Origin: Phoronis australis
Taxonomy: Eukaryota; Animalia; Phoronida
Assembly: GCA_002633005.1 (NCBI GenBank)
Contig: NMRA01000245.1
Span: 496,001-560,000 of the forward strand
DNA length: 64,000 nucleotides
Direction: 5' to 3'
Below the pieces are notes generated by a model. It did no database searches. It had not been told where the DNA came from and saw only the letters and a program-made list of their open reading frames with translations. The stretch's first letter is position 1, and each line of letters starts with the position of its first letter. Made by a program: the position numbers and the translations under genes. Below are positions 1 through 11,790 of the stretch, in pieces.

Positions 1-1
1 G

Positions 2-187
2 AACAAGAAAAGTTTCCTGCTCTATGCTAGTGAGGATGAAAGAGTTCTGTCAATGAAGTGTCCAGTGAATGGTGAAACAGGGCTTGGAATGACCAATGAC
101 AAAAATGAGGAAAATTTCCGTGTGATGTATCGTTCCACAAATAGACTTGTGCGATGGATATACATATTTTGTTGTGAACTTAACTGA
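2..187 (+). CDS. Possible 3' end of a coding exon truncated by the window edge (NKKSFLLYASEDERVLSMKCPVNGETGLGMTNDKNEENFRVMYRSTNRLVRWIYIFCCELN*); product unknown
   Basis: Frame +2 is open from base 2 to TGA at 185-187 (61 codons) with protein-like composition. AATAAA lies at 214-219, just downstream. No recognisable domain. Confidence 0.3.
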   Translation, partial: NKKSFLLYASEDERVLSMKCPVNGETGLGMTNDKNEENFRVMYRSTNRLVRWIYIFCCELN

Positions 188-519
188 AAAACTGAATTCA
201 ACGTGTTTGCATGAATAAAGTCAAAATAATGATAAAAAAGAGACAAAGAAGAGGATATTGGAAATCAAATAAGGAGAATTCAAAACCTAACAAGATGAAA
301 TCCTATTAAAAGAGGAAAATTCCAAAAACCGAGGAAATAAATAGTGTCATAATTCTAGAAATAACCATCCTAATGGTAATCATTTCATCTATTTGATGAT
401 CTATAGCGTTTGGAACTAAGCAAACATTTGGGAGCTAAGTTAATTCAAGCGAGCCTGGAACTTGGGGAGTGGGAACTAAAATTGGAAATTTTAAGAAATG
501 GGGAATAGACGCTATCTAT

Positions 520-1310
520 ACATGGCAGCCTAACCTGATGAAGACAGTCGCCCTGGTCACCAATGACCTTCAAAATTAAAGTCCCCAAACCCCAAGTTCA
601 AAGAATTTGCTGCAAGGCTAGTTACCGACGCCAACGTTGAAGCAACGCTACCAAACTCAGACACGTGTATTCCTGTACGTTACAATTTGAACAGCAGAAA
701 ATATAGGCTAAAAAAATACCGTCGAAATTTTGGACTGACTTGCCCTATGAATGTTAACAAAGTTGATGCCATCTCAGCACAGTTCAAATTTTGCTACTCC
801 AGTGATTGAAACAGGTCCCGTCAAAAAAATTCCACGAGTTGTTCAATGCCATGGCTGAATGAAGTATTCATACATCGGAAGAGGCAGTGACAACTTCCCA
901 TTAGAATTTTTGTGGCTGGGTATGTGTTCAAGTTTTGCATGAAAAATATTAAGCATAAAATATACTTCGACTTTGTGCAGATTTCCGTTATCAGTTGATT
1001 TGAGTTTGCTCTTGGCTAATGGCAGTGAATACAAGCCAAAATGTGAAAAACAGATCAGCAATGAAATGCAATACGGCCTTAACATGACTGTCACTTCTGC
1101 TTCGCAAGTAAACAAGGTTGAGATCAGATCCCTAAAGCTGCAAGAAAAGTTCTTGGTTCTTTTGACATTAATAAATTTATTGTGGCGCAAAACCAGAGAC
1201 TGGATAGTGGTTACTGCCGTCTTGGTAAGTGCCACTTTCAACAACGCCAGGGTTTTAATGCATTGCAGAAGAGAATAAAAGAATACAACATCCCTAGTGT
1301 CCACTGTGAC
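520..1310 (+). mobile_element. Degenerate copy of the internal region of a dispersed non-autonomous DNA-transposon family (related to 10720-11790 and 47559-48316)
   Basis: CCCTGGTCACCAATGACCTTCAAAATTAAAGTCCCCAAACCCCAAGTTCAAAGAATTTG (551-609) matches the reverse complement of ~48163-48221 and of ~11620-11690. 1210-1295 matches the reverse complement of ~10950-11040. Confidence 0.65.
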
Positions 1311-1687
1311 TCCCAGCTGTAACTACTCTGAAACTAAGAGCTGGTTTATCATCTGTGACTTTGTACAGTCTCGGTCTGGTCTCTCTCGCAGTGGGTACTA
1401 AACATTTCACATTTACACAATAGATACCATAGACAATTTGAGCGGAAACTTAATTGAAAATACATCATTGAACTGAAGTGTCTATTCAAAAAAAGTGAAG
1501 TCACTCTGCAGAACTGTAGTGTGCGATAACTCCGTAGAAGAAAAGCCTGTCACTGTATTGTCTACAATACGCCGATGTTTTATTTGACTGTCACACGTGA
1601 AATACAACATCATTGTAGCTCCTTACATGTTTACTGTGACCATCTCTCAGATTAGAACGCACTCTGAATCTTCCAAAATTTCATTTC

Positions 1688-1760
1688 ATAAGTCACCCCT
1701 GCTCAGACTAAAGACCCTCTCCAATTAAAGCACCCTGGGCGGTAATCCAGGCGAATACAG
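1688..1760. mobile_element. Isolated right terminus of a Tc2/pogo-like MITE
   Basis: AAGCACCCTGGGCGGTAATCCAGGCGAATACAG followed by TA closely resembles the right end of the 17430-18160 element (AAGCGCCCTGGGTGGTTATTAAGGCGAATACGG-TA). Confidence 0.6.
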
Positions 1761-2664
1761 TAAGAAAATCTGGTGATCATAAAACAACACCATCCTACGG
1801 TTAGCCATTTCAACAAAGCTTACGAGTTGCACTAACAACAATAGGATTAGTGTCAACCAGAACGTGTTTTGCCAAGTTCCGATCAAAGAAACGCATGAAA
1901 GTACAATTTATCAAAGACATTTATTGACAGTTATAATCACGCAAACAAGTTTGAAAACTCAAGTTCATTGCATAAGCCTGAGCTCCTAGGACTAGCAGAA
2001 TATTTAAATGAGACATAACAACTGATACAGCAATTATTCGCTTATTTAGCGCATAATATGGCAGATGAGAAATTCTATCTTGTTAACGTTCTCCACTAAA
2101 GTCAAGATTACAAGCATGGCTAGTGCTGTGAATTTTCATTAAACAACTTTTGGTAAATTTTCAATAATCTACTTTTTCAAGAAGGAAATTGACACATCTG
2201 GTGGTTATTTGTATGCCAAATACGCAAAAAAAGACCATACATCAGACAGTCTAGTGGGCCAGTTATTTAGAGATTCTGTTACTTTGTGATAGCACAGCAT
2301 TGATGCGACTTCAGAAAGAACTTATCTCACAGCTTGTATAATGTGCTCACAGTTTACAGACAACTTATCATTGTTGCTAATCAAGACATGGGCAAACAAA
2401 AGTGAGATAAATTTGGCTTCTATTACAATATTGTTAACCAGTGAACTCATTCCAATCTGTGAATCAGCTGAGGCAAGAAGGATGATAAATTGCAGGTAAA
2501 ATTCTGTTGATCTGATTCTTTGAAACATTTACTGGGCAACTCTGACATGTCATAAGTGGACATTTCAATTTAATACTGGGACAAATATCCCTGTGGATGG
2601 AATGTGACACAAAACAACTTGATACCAGCAATGTTTAGTCATATCTCCAACCGCTGCCATGCTT

Positions 2665-2957
2665 TAAATGTGAGCATGGCAATTTGACACGGATGGCACG
2701 TTTTACACGTGAGCATGGCAGTTTTTACACGTTTGCCACATTTGCGTGTGATATTTTGACACGTTTTACACATGAGCGTGGCAACTATTTTTGCACATTT
2801 GACATGTAAGGCGTCATGTTTTTACATGGTTGCCACATTTTACACGCCAGTGTGGTAGTTTTTCTAGATGGCTTACACGCTTTTTACACCGATTACACAT
2901 TTTTGCCATGTTTTACACACTTTGAGCGTGTAATACGTGTAAAATTCTCACCCGTGG
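2665..2957. repeat. Degenerate minisatellite-like array (TTTTACACG / GTGAGCRTGGCA motifs)
   Basis: Motifs TTTTACAC, TGAGCATGGCA/TGAGCGTGGCA and TTGCCACATTT recur many times within ~290 bp. Confidence 0.7.
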
Positions 2958-3581
2958 AGGCAAGACAGTCTGTCATTACCTACATGTAAATCACACTGTC
3001 CAACTCCAAAACCATAGGTGTCTCCACTGATGGGCACGTACGCTAGTGTAAGTTGACCTAGCTATACGATTAATTCGGAAAAGTTCAGGCAAAGAGGAAA
3101 AAATTGTCAGCTAAGCTCTTGCATAGTAGATATGAGTTTATAGTAGACAGACAGCCAAAATAAGAGTAGGTATTCATTGCAAAGGAAACTCCAAGAGAGC
3201 CCTTACACTTCTATATTACTTTACAATTTGTGTGGAGAGTGAGCAACATCCGCACTGGAATGTTGGTGGGTTTGGAAACTGCTGTTGTCTGGAGTCGACA
3301 CTAAACGAGAAACATCTGTAACAAACACTGAAGTCAATATTTTCATGACCACTGCTAAATGTTGTAATTGTCCGGGTTAAGGCCCTCAAAATTTTCTATT
3401 TTCACTTTTAAATGTCCATGCTCTGCTTAGTGTCCATTACCAATTTATTAGATCAAGACTTTACACCGTTCTCAAAGTACCTAAGAGCAAAAATGGTGAA
3501 GGGTTGAGTCCGAATCGACTGCTCTGATGCAAACAGCCCATTTGGTGTCATATCTCACTGCCCAGCCCATAACTAATGCTT

Positions 3582-3659
3582 CTATACCTGGACGTTTATG
3601 ATCAGCTTCTTCTGTTTGTGGATGAGGGAACAGAGGTGGCTATCAATCTGATAACCTAA
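3582..3659 (+). mobile_element. Possible decayed CR1/L2-type reverse-transcriptase fragment
   Basis: Translation LYLDVYDQLLLFVDEGTEVAINLIT* resembles the 'D.I...VDEG..V..V.LD' segment preceding LDxSxAFD in CR1/L2 RTs. It lies ~300 bp upstream of a LINE-like 3' tail on the same strand. Confidence 0.25.
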
Positions 3660-3939
3660 GTCTATTGGTGGCAACATTCTTTCCCCACCATTTTAGGTAA
3701 TGCAGATTATAAAAACAAAGTCCTCCACTGTATGAACTGCAATTAAAACAACAGAAAAGAGAAGCAATTAACAATGTAACTGTTTTTCTTTGTTGATAGG
3801 TCCCTGGTTTGTGTTGTGTAACCTGCCTGACCAACACAAAGGGGGCTGGACTCACTCCTGTAGGTCTAAGCCTATTATCAGAGTGATTCTAATACACTCA
3901 ACCAGTGCAATGAAATTTTAATCGGGATCTCCTCATCTT

Positions 3940-4039
3940 ATAATGCATTTTGGACGAGGTCCCTCTTGGAAAGCAGTGCTATCACTGAAGAGGCCACCCT
4001 CATTTTAAGTATTACAATAATAAATAAATAAATAAATAA
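3940..4039 (+). mobile_element. CR1/L2-like LINE (or SINE) 3' end with (TAAA)n tail
   Basis: GGTCCCTCTTGGAAAGCAGTGCTATCACTGAAGAGGCCACCCT can form a stem-loop (CCTCTT..AAGAGG, CAGTG..CACTG) and is followed by AATAATAAATAAATAAATAAATAA. This is the typical architecture of CR1/L2 3' ends. Confidence 0.5.
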
Positions 4040-4190
4040 CCATCGGGTAAAATTCTAAACCATCCAATTCACTTAAGGCAATTCTAGTGATAGAACTATG
4101 ATGTTCACTCACACAGCATCAGTGGATTATAGCTATTCAAATAGGTGATAACAGAGTGTAGGTGTACCTGATGTTCCTAGATTACTATTA

Positions 4191-4539
4191 TCCCAGGTTA
4201 GTCATTCTTAAGTCACATTTTAGTCACAAGAGTCACCTTAGTCATGGCTAAAATGTGATTATGGATTGCCCATTGAATAAGTTTAGTCCTATTTTAGTCA
4301 CTTATAGCCTGAAACTCTCATCATGACTAGTGTCAGTCATGACTTGAGTGTTAGTCATAAATAAAATTTCAGGCTATTTAGTCATTGACTAAAGCTTTAG
4401 AATGTCTCAATTATGCAAATTAAGTGCTTTAAATATATCACAGACAATACCTGGACATGTTTTAGTCATGACAAAGCATAATCTTCTAGCGTGACTTAAC
4501 GTGACAAAGCATAACTAAACTTATATGAATAACCTGGAG
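4191..4539. mobile_element. MITE with TIRs, TA target duplication and internal TTAGTCA(TGACTAA) repeats
   Basis: Left TA-TCCCAGGTTAGTCAT; right ATGAATAACCTGGAG-TA (reverse complement CTCCAGGTTATTCAT). The interior is full of TTAGTCA/TGACT motifs. Confidence 0.65.
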
Positions 4540-5522
4540 TAAGAGTTGCATTATGGGAACTTAGCATTATGATCACCAACTTCTCAAAACTTCCTGTTCT
4601 TTTAAAGTGCCCATGTTGGGCTTAATGCTCACCCCTTGATTTTTTAATTTACCAATTTAAACACCCTCATCTGGGCGTTAACCCGGACATGTATGGTAGG
4701 AACGCATTGGACATATTTTTACGAATATTTTTCGGCTGAGCAAGTCTAAAACTGAAACCGTTCCACGCCATGAAGTCAAATCGTGCACTTGTTATGTTAC
4801 ACTGACAAAGAAAAACCTGGACTCGAGCTTCAGAGGGTATGCAGGTACTGATGAAACACCTGTAAGATATAAATTTCCAGCAGTCATAACACCTTTGAAA
4901 GGTAATCCTCTCATGTCTAAATTCCCTTGTTGCGCTACCACATTTCACAAGTTCAATCTGCCGTATCGCTCAACATCAGAATGCAAATCCCATATCTGTT
5001 CTACCTAGCATTTCTCAACATTGATGGTCAACTCATACTTCGATAAGATCATGGCAAATCTTGGTACATCGCCACCATGCTACTACTAACACAGAAAAAA
5101 GGTTGAAAATAGACACTTAAACATTCCTAATCATCACGATAAGTATGAAGACCGACTTGAAGACTGACTTGCAGCGGTGGCTAGTAGAAATTCAGGCTCT
5201 TGGAAAAATTTATTAAAACGGTGGAAAATCAGCGTCATGGGCAAATTCAGGTCAAGTTTTCAATACTTTATTTATGAGCCAGCTTTTAACATAGAAATCA
5301 TATCACACTGTTACATTTCTCACAAATGGATTCTCATAAAACAAAGAAGCAAACAGCCATGTTTTGAGATCAAAACACTTATAATTGACATTCATTGTTT
5401 TCACCCAACAGATTTACTAGCTGTCCACAACTTGCACTACGGTCTACTTTGATGATGAAGAATTAATCAAAACGAACTACGTACTCCCATATTCTGCTGC
5501 TTACATCCAATCAGAACTAACA

Positions 5523-5771
5523 ACACAGGGGGGTACTCCTGTTCTGGAATACTACACAGGATTTTCTTCTCAGAAGGGTGATTGTTTAACAGCTAGTTTT
5601 TCTACAAAAGGGTGTCTTTTCTGACAAAATTCATTACAAGTAATGACAGAAAGGGTACATTTCCAAACTGTTTCTCTGCAAAATCATTCGTTTCTAACCT
5701 TGAAACTCAACAAATAGTCCTCTTCACCAACTTAAATACAAATCTACAGAAGGGTTGTGACACCACCCAGG
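5523..5771. mobile_element. Degenerate small TIR-type element with repeated (A)AAGGGT motifs
   Basis: Starts CAGGGGGGTACTCC and has four AAGGGT motifs (~5573, 5609, 5651, 5750). It ends in a C-rich GACACCACCCAGG that is only loosely inverted to the start. Confidence 0.4.
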
Positions 5772-7834
5772 CAATTCTTCAAGGCTCAATGTATTAAAGA
5801 TTCAACCTCCAGGGTTGGGTCTATGGAATTAACCATCAAAATTACACTGTTTCTGGACCAAAACCCTATGAACAGGTTCTCAACTGTGATGTTAGGTGCT
5901 TCAATAGGTGGCCTTAAACAGGTCAAGTATTTATGACCTGCAAATGCCATCTATTTTATGGCCATATGTCCAGGAAACTATGGTCACACCAAGCATGACT
6001 TGCCCAAGGCAAACACTAACTGCTCAGGTATTGAGTTCAATTGTTTTATATTTGGCGCCAGACAAGTGTTTACATCAGAATATACAAGACTAGGAAATAG
6101 GTGAAGAACAGTCTGGGAAAGGAAATGAGGTGGGCAACCTGCAAAATGCTTTGGTAAGAATATTACTACCTTGAGCAAATAATTTTAGCAACATAGACAT
6201 AATTCAAAGCGTTAAGTTAATATTTAGTTTTTCATACCAGTTGCTTATATGGTTATATGTAATTATAGTATTTGGTTTGGGTCTGAATAGAGGGTGGTTT
6301 AGTTGGTATTACAACTTTGTGTGTGCTCGTGTTCACACTACCACAAAGTGTCCTCAAATTTGAACAAAAATAATGGTAAAAATTTTCATTTTTCAAGCGC
6401 TCACTGTCTTAACAAAATTGTTTGGAACTCAAACGCTAAACAGGCGTGTTGGTTTATCACTGCGCATTATCTCAGACAGCACGTTCAGCTAAGTCCATAA
6501 GTCCATAAGTGAGTGTTTCCCTTCAATCCGTGACGGTGCCATCAAGCCTTTGATGTGCTGAGGACTTTGCCAGTAAACGATACATGCTTTCTCGCCCCCT
6601 TGCATGAGATCTTGTTAGCGTAAGATTTGCCTAAAGATTCATAATGTTAGCTGTTAAAAAAATAGAGGGCTAAATGTGAATTTGAGTAAGTCCACCGGCA
6701 TAACCCAAAGCAAATATTAGATATGTGTTAAACCATAGCCCTGGCTACTATTTGGTTCAGTTCTACTTTGAACTAAACAGAAATTTTGCATTATAAAACT
6801 GGGAAAATGATTAATGCAGTTCCAGCATTTGCACAGTGTTCCATGAGAATTATTCGTAACGAAGATGAAGGTGATAAGATGATTAAAAACAAAACTATTC
6901 CTATATTAATAGTAAACTCTCTTCTAATATTTCTAGTACAAGAGGTTCAGTTTTATAATCTAATGATAGCTCAAGTTGTTAAAACATGGTCGTGTATGAC
7001 TTCCTAGTCAGAGGCAAACATTTATGACAGAAATAAACCGGTAGGTTACAATGGGCTCGTCTGACAGCGTTTGGCAATACTCATATGACACTGATTGGGG
7101 ATCTCTTGTGCAAGTCAGAAATTGCTTTATCTAACAACAGATTCCCATGATATCTGATGATTTTTAGAAATGTCACACACCGGTAAAGGTTCTACCACAC
7201 CAAACCGGTTCAGACAGCATCTGAGCCGACCGTTCTAAAACCTTGATGAAATCAGGGCTCAGGAAATGGCAGACGGGCAATTTTGGCTAAAATCAATGCT
7301 CTAAATGTGACATCATCAACAGGATTTTTCTGGCTGTAACAAGTATTACTAACGTTAATTCAGAAATTTCACTCATTTTTATCAAATTGTGTCAAAAGAG
7401 GAGAGGAGCCTGACGTTTTGAGAAAAAACAAACGGTAAAAATTCATCAGTGGGATATGCGGCGAAATATGGGTTTGTCAAATTTCTCCACAAAAATTTCA
7501 GAACATTTCACAAATTGCTTTAAGCGTGCTTTGTACAGGAGAGCTGTCACCAAGCATTCAGTAAAATTTCGAGCAATTTCAACAATGTAATCCTTTTAAT
7601 AGAAGTTAATCTTTCGCAATGACTCACCCTCCAATGACACATCCATCATCTTGGGGCAAAAGATCTGAGATATAATTTGCAATTGAGAATTTGGGTAACA
7701 ATTGGGACAAGCAATTGCAATTGTACTTTACAAACATCAAATATTTTATGGTGTCAATTAGTCCTTAAAGGGCATCAAATAAAATTTTATAGCATCAGTG
7801 ACTATTACATCCAAAGTTAACAGCTAGATACTTA

Positions 7835-8581
7835 NNNNNNNNNNNNNNNNNNNNNNNNNNNNNNNNNNNNNNNNNNNNNNNNNNNNNNNNNNNNNNNNNN
7901 NNNNNNNNNNNNNNNNNNNNNNNNNNNNNNNNNNNNNNNNNNNNNNNNNNNNNNNNNNNNNNNNNNNNNNNNNNNNNNNNNNNNNNNNNNNNNNNNNNNN
8001 NNNNNNNNNNNNNNNNNNNNNNNNNNNNNNNNNNNNNNNNNNNNNNNNNNNNNNNNNNNNNNNNNNNNNNNNNNNNNNNNNNNNNNNNNNNNNNNNNNNN
8101 NNNNNNNNNNNNNNNNNNNNNNNNNNNNNNNNNNNNNNNNNNNNNNNNNNNNNNNNNNNNNNNNNNNNNNNNNNNNNNNNNNNNNNNNNNNNNNNNNNNN
8201 NNNNNNNNNNNNNNNNNNNNNNNNNNNNNNNNNNNNNNNNNNNNNNNNNNNNNNNNNNNNNNNNNNNNNNNNNNNNNNNNNNNNNNNNNNNNNNNNNNNN
8301 NNNNNNNNNNNNNNNNNNNNNNNNNNNNNNNNNNNNNNNNNNNNNNNNNNNNNNNNNNNNNNNNNNNNNNNNNNNNNNNNNNNNNNNNNNNNNNNNNNNN
8401 NNNNNNNNNNNNNNNNNNNNNNNNNNNNNNNNNNNNNNNNNNNNNNNNNNNNNNNNNNNNNNNNNNNNNNNNNNNNNNNNNNNNNNNNNNNNNNNNNNNN
8501 NNNNNNNNNNNNNNNNNNNNNNNNNNNNNNNNNNNNNNNNNNNNNNNNNNNNNNNNNNNNNNNNNNNNNNNNNNNNNNNNN
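7835..8581. other. Assembly gap (run of N)
   Basis: 747 consecutive N bases. Confidence 1.
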
Positions 8582-8731
8582 TGGCACTACACAGCTGGCA
8601 CTACACTGTTGGCACTACACAGCTGGCACTACACTGTTGGCACTACACTGCTGGCCCTACACTGTTGGCACTACACTACTGGCACTACACTGCTGGCACT
8701 ACACTGGCTGGCACTACACTGTTGGCACTAC
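8582..8731. repeat. 14-bp minisatellite TGGCACTACAC(A/T)G(C/T), ~10.5 copies, running into the gap
   Basis: Directly visible tandem units. Confidence 0.95.
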
Positions 8732-8764
8732 TTTGGTGTTGGTGTTAGCGGTGTGCAGTTGGGA

Positions 8765-8915
8765 GTGTTGTTGACATTGTGTTGTTGACATTGTGTTGTT
8801 GACACAGTGTTGATGAAGCGTTATTGGTGTGATTCGTATTGTGTTGTGATGTTGGTGTTGTGATGTTGTGATTTTGCAGTTGTCACTGTTCTTTGCACTG
8901 TGTTGTTTACATTTC
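8765..8915. repeat. GT-rich low-complexity tract with 14-bp TGTTGTTGACATTG repeats
   Basis: Three near-identical 14-mers at ~8766-8808, followed by a degenerate TGTTG-rich tract. Confidence 0.8.
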
Positions 8916-10178
8916 TTGTGTTTACCCTCGTAAATAAACATCACATTGAATGACTATGATTTATGACAATTTCATTATTTTGGAACAAGAAATTTCCCCA
9001 CAAAACATGTTTTCCTGACAATACTTTGTCTTGCCTCTTCTTCCATCAATTTGTGACTTTAAACACTGTACACTCTAGTCAGGGTTAACGCATAAGCTTC
9101 AGACTCTTTGGCCCTAATGGTTTAAGACAGGCGTTTTACAAAATGAACCTCTTGTAGAACCATGGTTTCATGTGGTGTTTTTGGACAATTCACAAATCTT
9201 CAAATTTATCTTTGATTGTCCGATATTAAACAGTTTGATGAGAGCATGGCAAACAGATTAGGGTGTAACCTGTTAAGACAAATAACAACGATGCTTGCAC
9301 ATACTGAAGACCTTGCAGGAGGGGGTCTGCACTTAACATACCAGAATTTAATCTTTAACCAAATTTAGGATGAGTTCAGCGGAGGAAGTGCCTTACAACA
9401 AGTTTGAAGAGATCACGCAACACTTTGTAAAATCGCACGATTGAAATCTAAATGTTTTGCGGGAAAGCACACAACCTTGCTCATGGTCACAATTGGAATG
9501 ATTGCCAGTAAAGAGATTCAGTTTGTCCATGTACGTGAAACGCTGAATTTTTTGAATTTTAAAAATCATGGTTTTTATCAACAATATAAGCAACATTTTC
9601 TCACTATAAATGCCTAAGTGTCTCTAATTGTAGAACATAGCTTATTTCGTGTTGCAGGTTGACGAGGACACTCAAAATTCTTTTCCTTTAAATAGTTTGT
9701 TAGAAATACATCAAAAGTGGTCTTCATGCAAAATATTTGGTGGTGCAGGAATGACTGAGCACATTCGTTGTTAAGCAGACATATTACAAACTTATGGTTT
9801 CACTTTATTCATACAATGATCGAATTTAAACCAACTAGAGGTTTACTGGCATCAAAACACAGCAAGTTTTCACTGCACCAAAAAAGACGTCTAAAATAGT
9901 TACTGGCAACATTGTGTGTATCGGAACAAAAACTCTACGTCACACCAACGTAAAGTACTGCTCATCAGATTAACCTTCCGGTCAAATCAATTGTGAATTG
10001 TCGCTCTTCAAAATCATTGTTGTTTTTGTATAAACATTAATTGTGAGGGCACAGTCATAAACACGCAATAAATCATTTCCTCTTTGGCAAGCGTACTTTT
10101 CGTTTGAATTAATTCATAATCAGATGTGAGTAGAAAACACCTTCACTAGCAAGAGAAACATCCTTGAATCACTGCGTG

Positions 10179-10399
10179 CGTTCTGTTAATTCAATTTCCA
10201 ATGTGCAAAACGCAAGTTCAGGAAATCCAGTTTTGTTTGAAATCCAATTTCCAATATGCACAACAAAAAAGAAAAATCTGATTTTTGTTCAAAATTTAAT
10301 TTGTAATTTGAGGGAAAAAATGAAAATCTGAGCTTTACTGAAAACCTGATTCTCAGTTTTTGGTTTCTCGTATTGAAATTGATATTACAAATAGAAACG
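10179..10399. mobile_element. AT-rich imperfect palindrome / MITE-like relic
   Basis: Left CGTTCTGTTAATTCAATTTCCAAT vs the right end reverse complement CGTTTCTATTTGTAATATCAATTTCAAT. Internal repeats CAATTTCCAAT and GAAAATCTGA. Confidence 0.4.
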
Positions 10400-10719
10400 T
10401 GATCAAATGAAATAATGACCAATGCTCCAATGTTTTTCAATCCACAGTCCAAGTATCATTATATTTCAGATGGAACTATGTTTCTGAACATTATTTTCAT
10501 GGTTTCATTCTTTTGAAACTGTGAATCTAGAACTTTGAGCCACCAACGAAAAGGGTTCCAGTTTCCAATAATGTCATGCTCTCACTCTCCAACACCAATG
10601 CTAGCTGCAGTCCCAGGTTCATTGCTGGATTGGTCAGTTGGGTCCATGTATTGCCATTTCATTTCGAACTCCAGTGAATTTAGCATCTGGAATCATATTT
10701 TTGTATAATTGCCAAGGCC

Positions 10720-11790
10720 AGTGCTCACATAGACACATGCTTCCAGCTTTTTGAAAATTTTTGAATTAAACACCGATTACTTGGTTAAAGAGCCACCCCC
10801 GCAATTGACAACTTTCATCAATTAAGCACCCACTGCTCAGATTGGAGGGAAACTGTAATTTGCTTTGCGGAATTGACTTTCAAAACAGTAAACCGCACTT
10901 TTAAACACGGAAGCCCGGTCAATTTCGATTAGGGAAGTAGTTATTGCGACGGAGACATTGTGTTTTGTTAGCATCTTCTATAATGCATTAAAAACAGCCA
11001 CATTGTTGAAATTGACACTTACCAACACTGCTATAGTCAGTCAGTCTCCTATCCTACGCTACATCAAATTTACTTTTCAAAAAGTACAATTCTTTTTTGC
11101 AGTTTCAAGAGCGAAATACTTACCCCCCCCAAGTCACTGTGACAGGCATGCTGAGATCAATTGAGCATTTGTGGCTGACCCATTTTAACCATAAATGGCA
11201 CATGTTCAGTGCCTAGGGACCAAACTCAAATAACCTGATAATGAAAATCCGTGCAAGTCGAAGCATCTTGAGCAAAACTAATTATTGAATACATAACCAA
11301 TACAACAAATTTCCAGAGCATCATTCCTGCGTATCAATATGTCTTTCACTCAGGCATAAAATGCTTTGTAGGATATTTTTAACAGAAAGTTTTTCAATCA
11401 TAAAAAGTAGCAAAATTTTAATTATAAGCAAAATGAGTGAGCTTGCACACAAATTTATCTAATTGCATCTTCAGTGACAACATCGACACGCATACGTCAC
11501 GTCAGTGTTAGGGTTTTGTCTGGTGATTTTAAACGTGTATTTTCCTATTTCTCCAGTGACATACTTGGATACATGCATACAAATGTTGGTTAGAGTACTT
11601 CGACTCAGCTTCCACCTTAGCAACTAGCCTCGCAGGAAATTCTTAAAACTTCAGGTCTGTCAACTTCGATTCGAAGGCCATAGACGACCAAGGCGTCTAC
11701 AGTCTGGCTTAGGATCAGCATCAATGTGCGGGTAATTGCCCACCCCCCAGTTTCTTGACTGTCCTACCCATCTTTGGGTTAAGCATGCTT
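10720..11790 (-). mobile_element. Degenerate copy of the same non-autonomous DNA-transposon family as 520-1310, in inverted orientation
   Basis: Collinear reverse-complement similarity to ~540-1300. The left part carries TTAAGCACCCACTGCTCAG subterminal motifs as in 44556-44974 and 47559-48316. Confidence 0.65.

Noticed and set aside
843-1304. 153-aa ORF with peptide similarity to 10958-11164
   Set aside because: The similarity reflects a non-coding dispersed repeat; frames are not conserved across copies and there is no transposase motif.
7832-8587. 251-aa ORF of X residues
   Set aside because: Artefact of translating the N gap.
8582-8944. Regular repeat array as CRISPR; Q/H/T-rich ORF 8714-8944
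   Set aside because: Head-to-tail 14-bp minisatellite and low-complexity tract without spacers.
9370-9775. Exon-like + strand fragments (MSSAEEVPYNKFEEITQHF...; acceptor near 9657)
   Set aside because: Interrupted by stops, with no recognisable domain; cannot be distinguished from chance or decayed transposon sequence.
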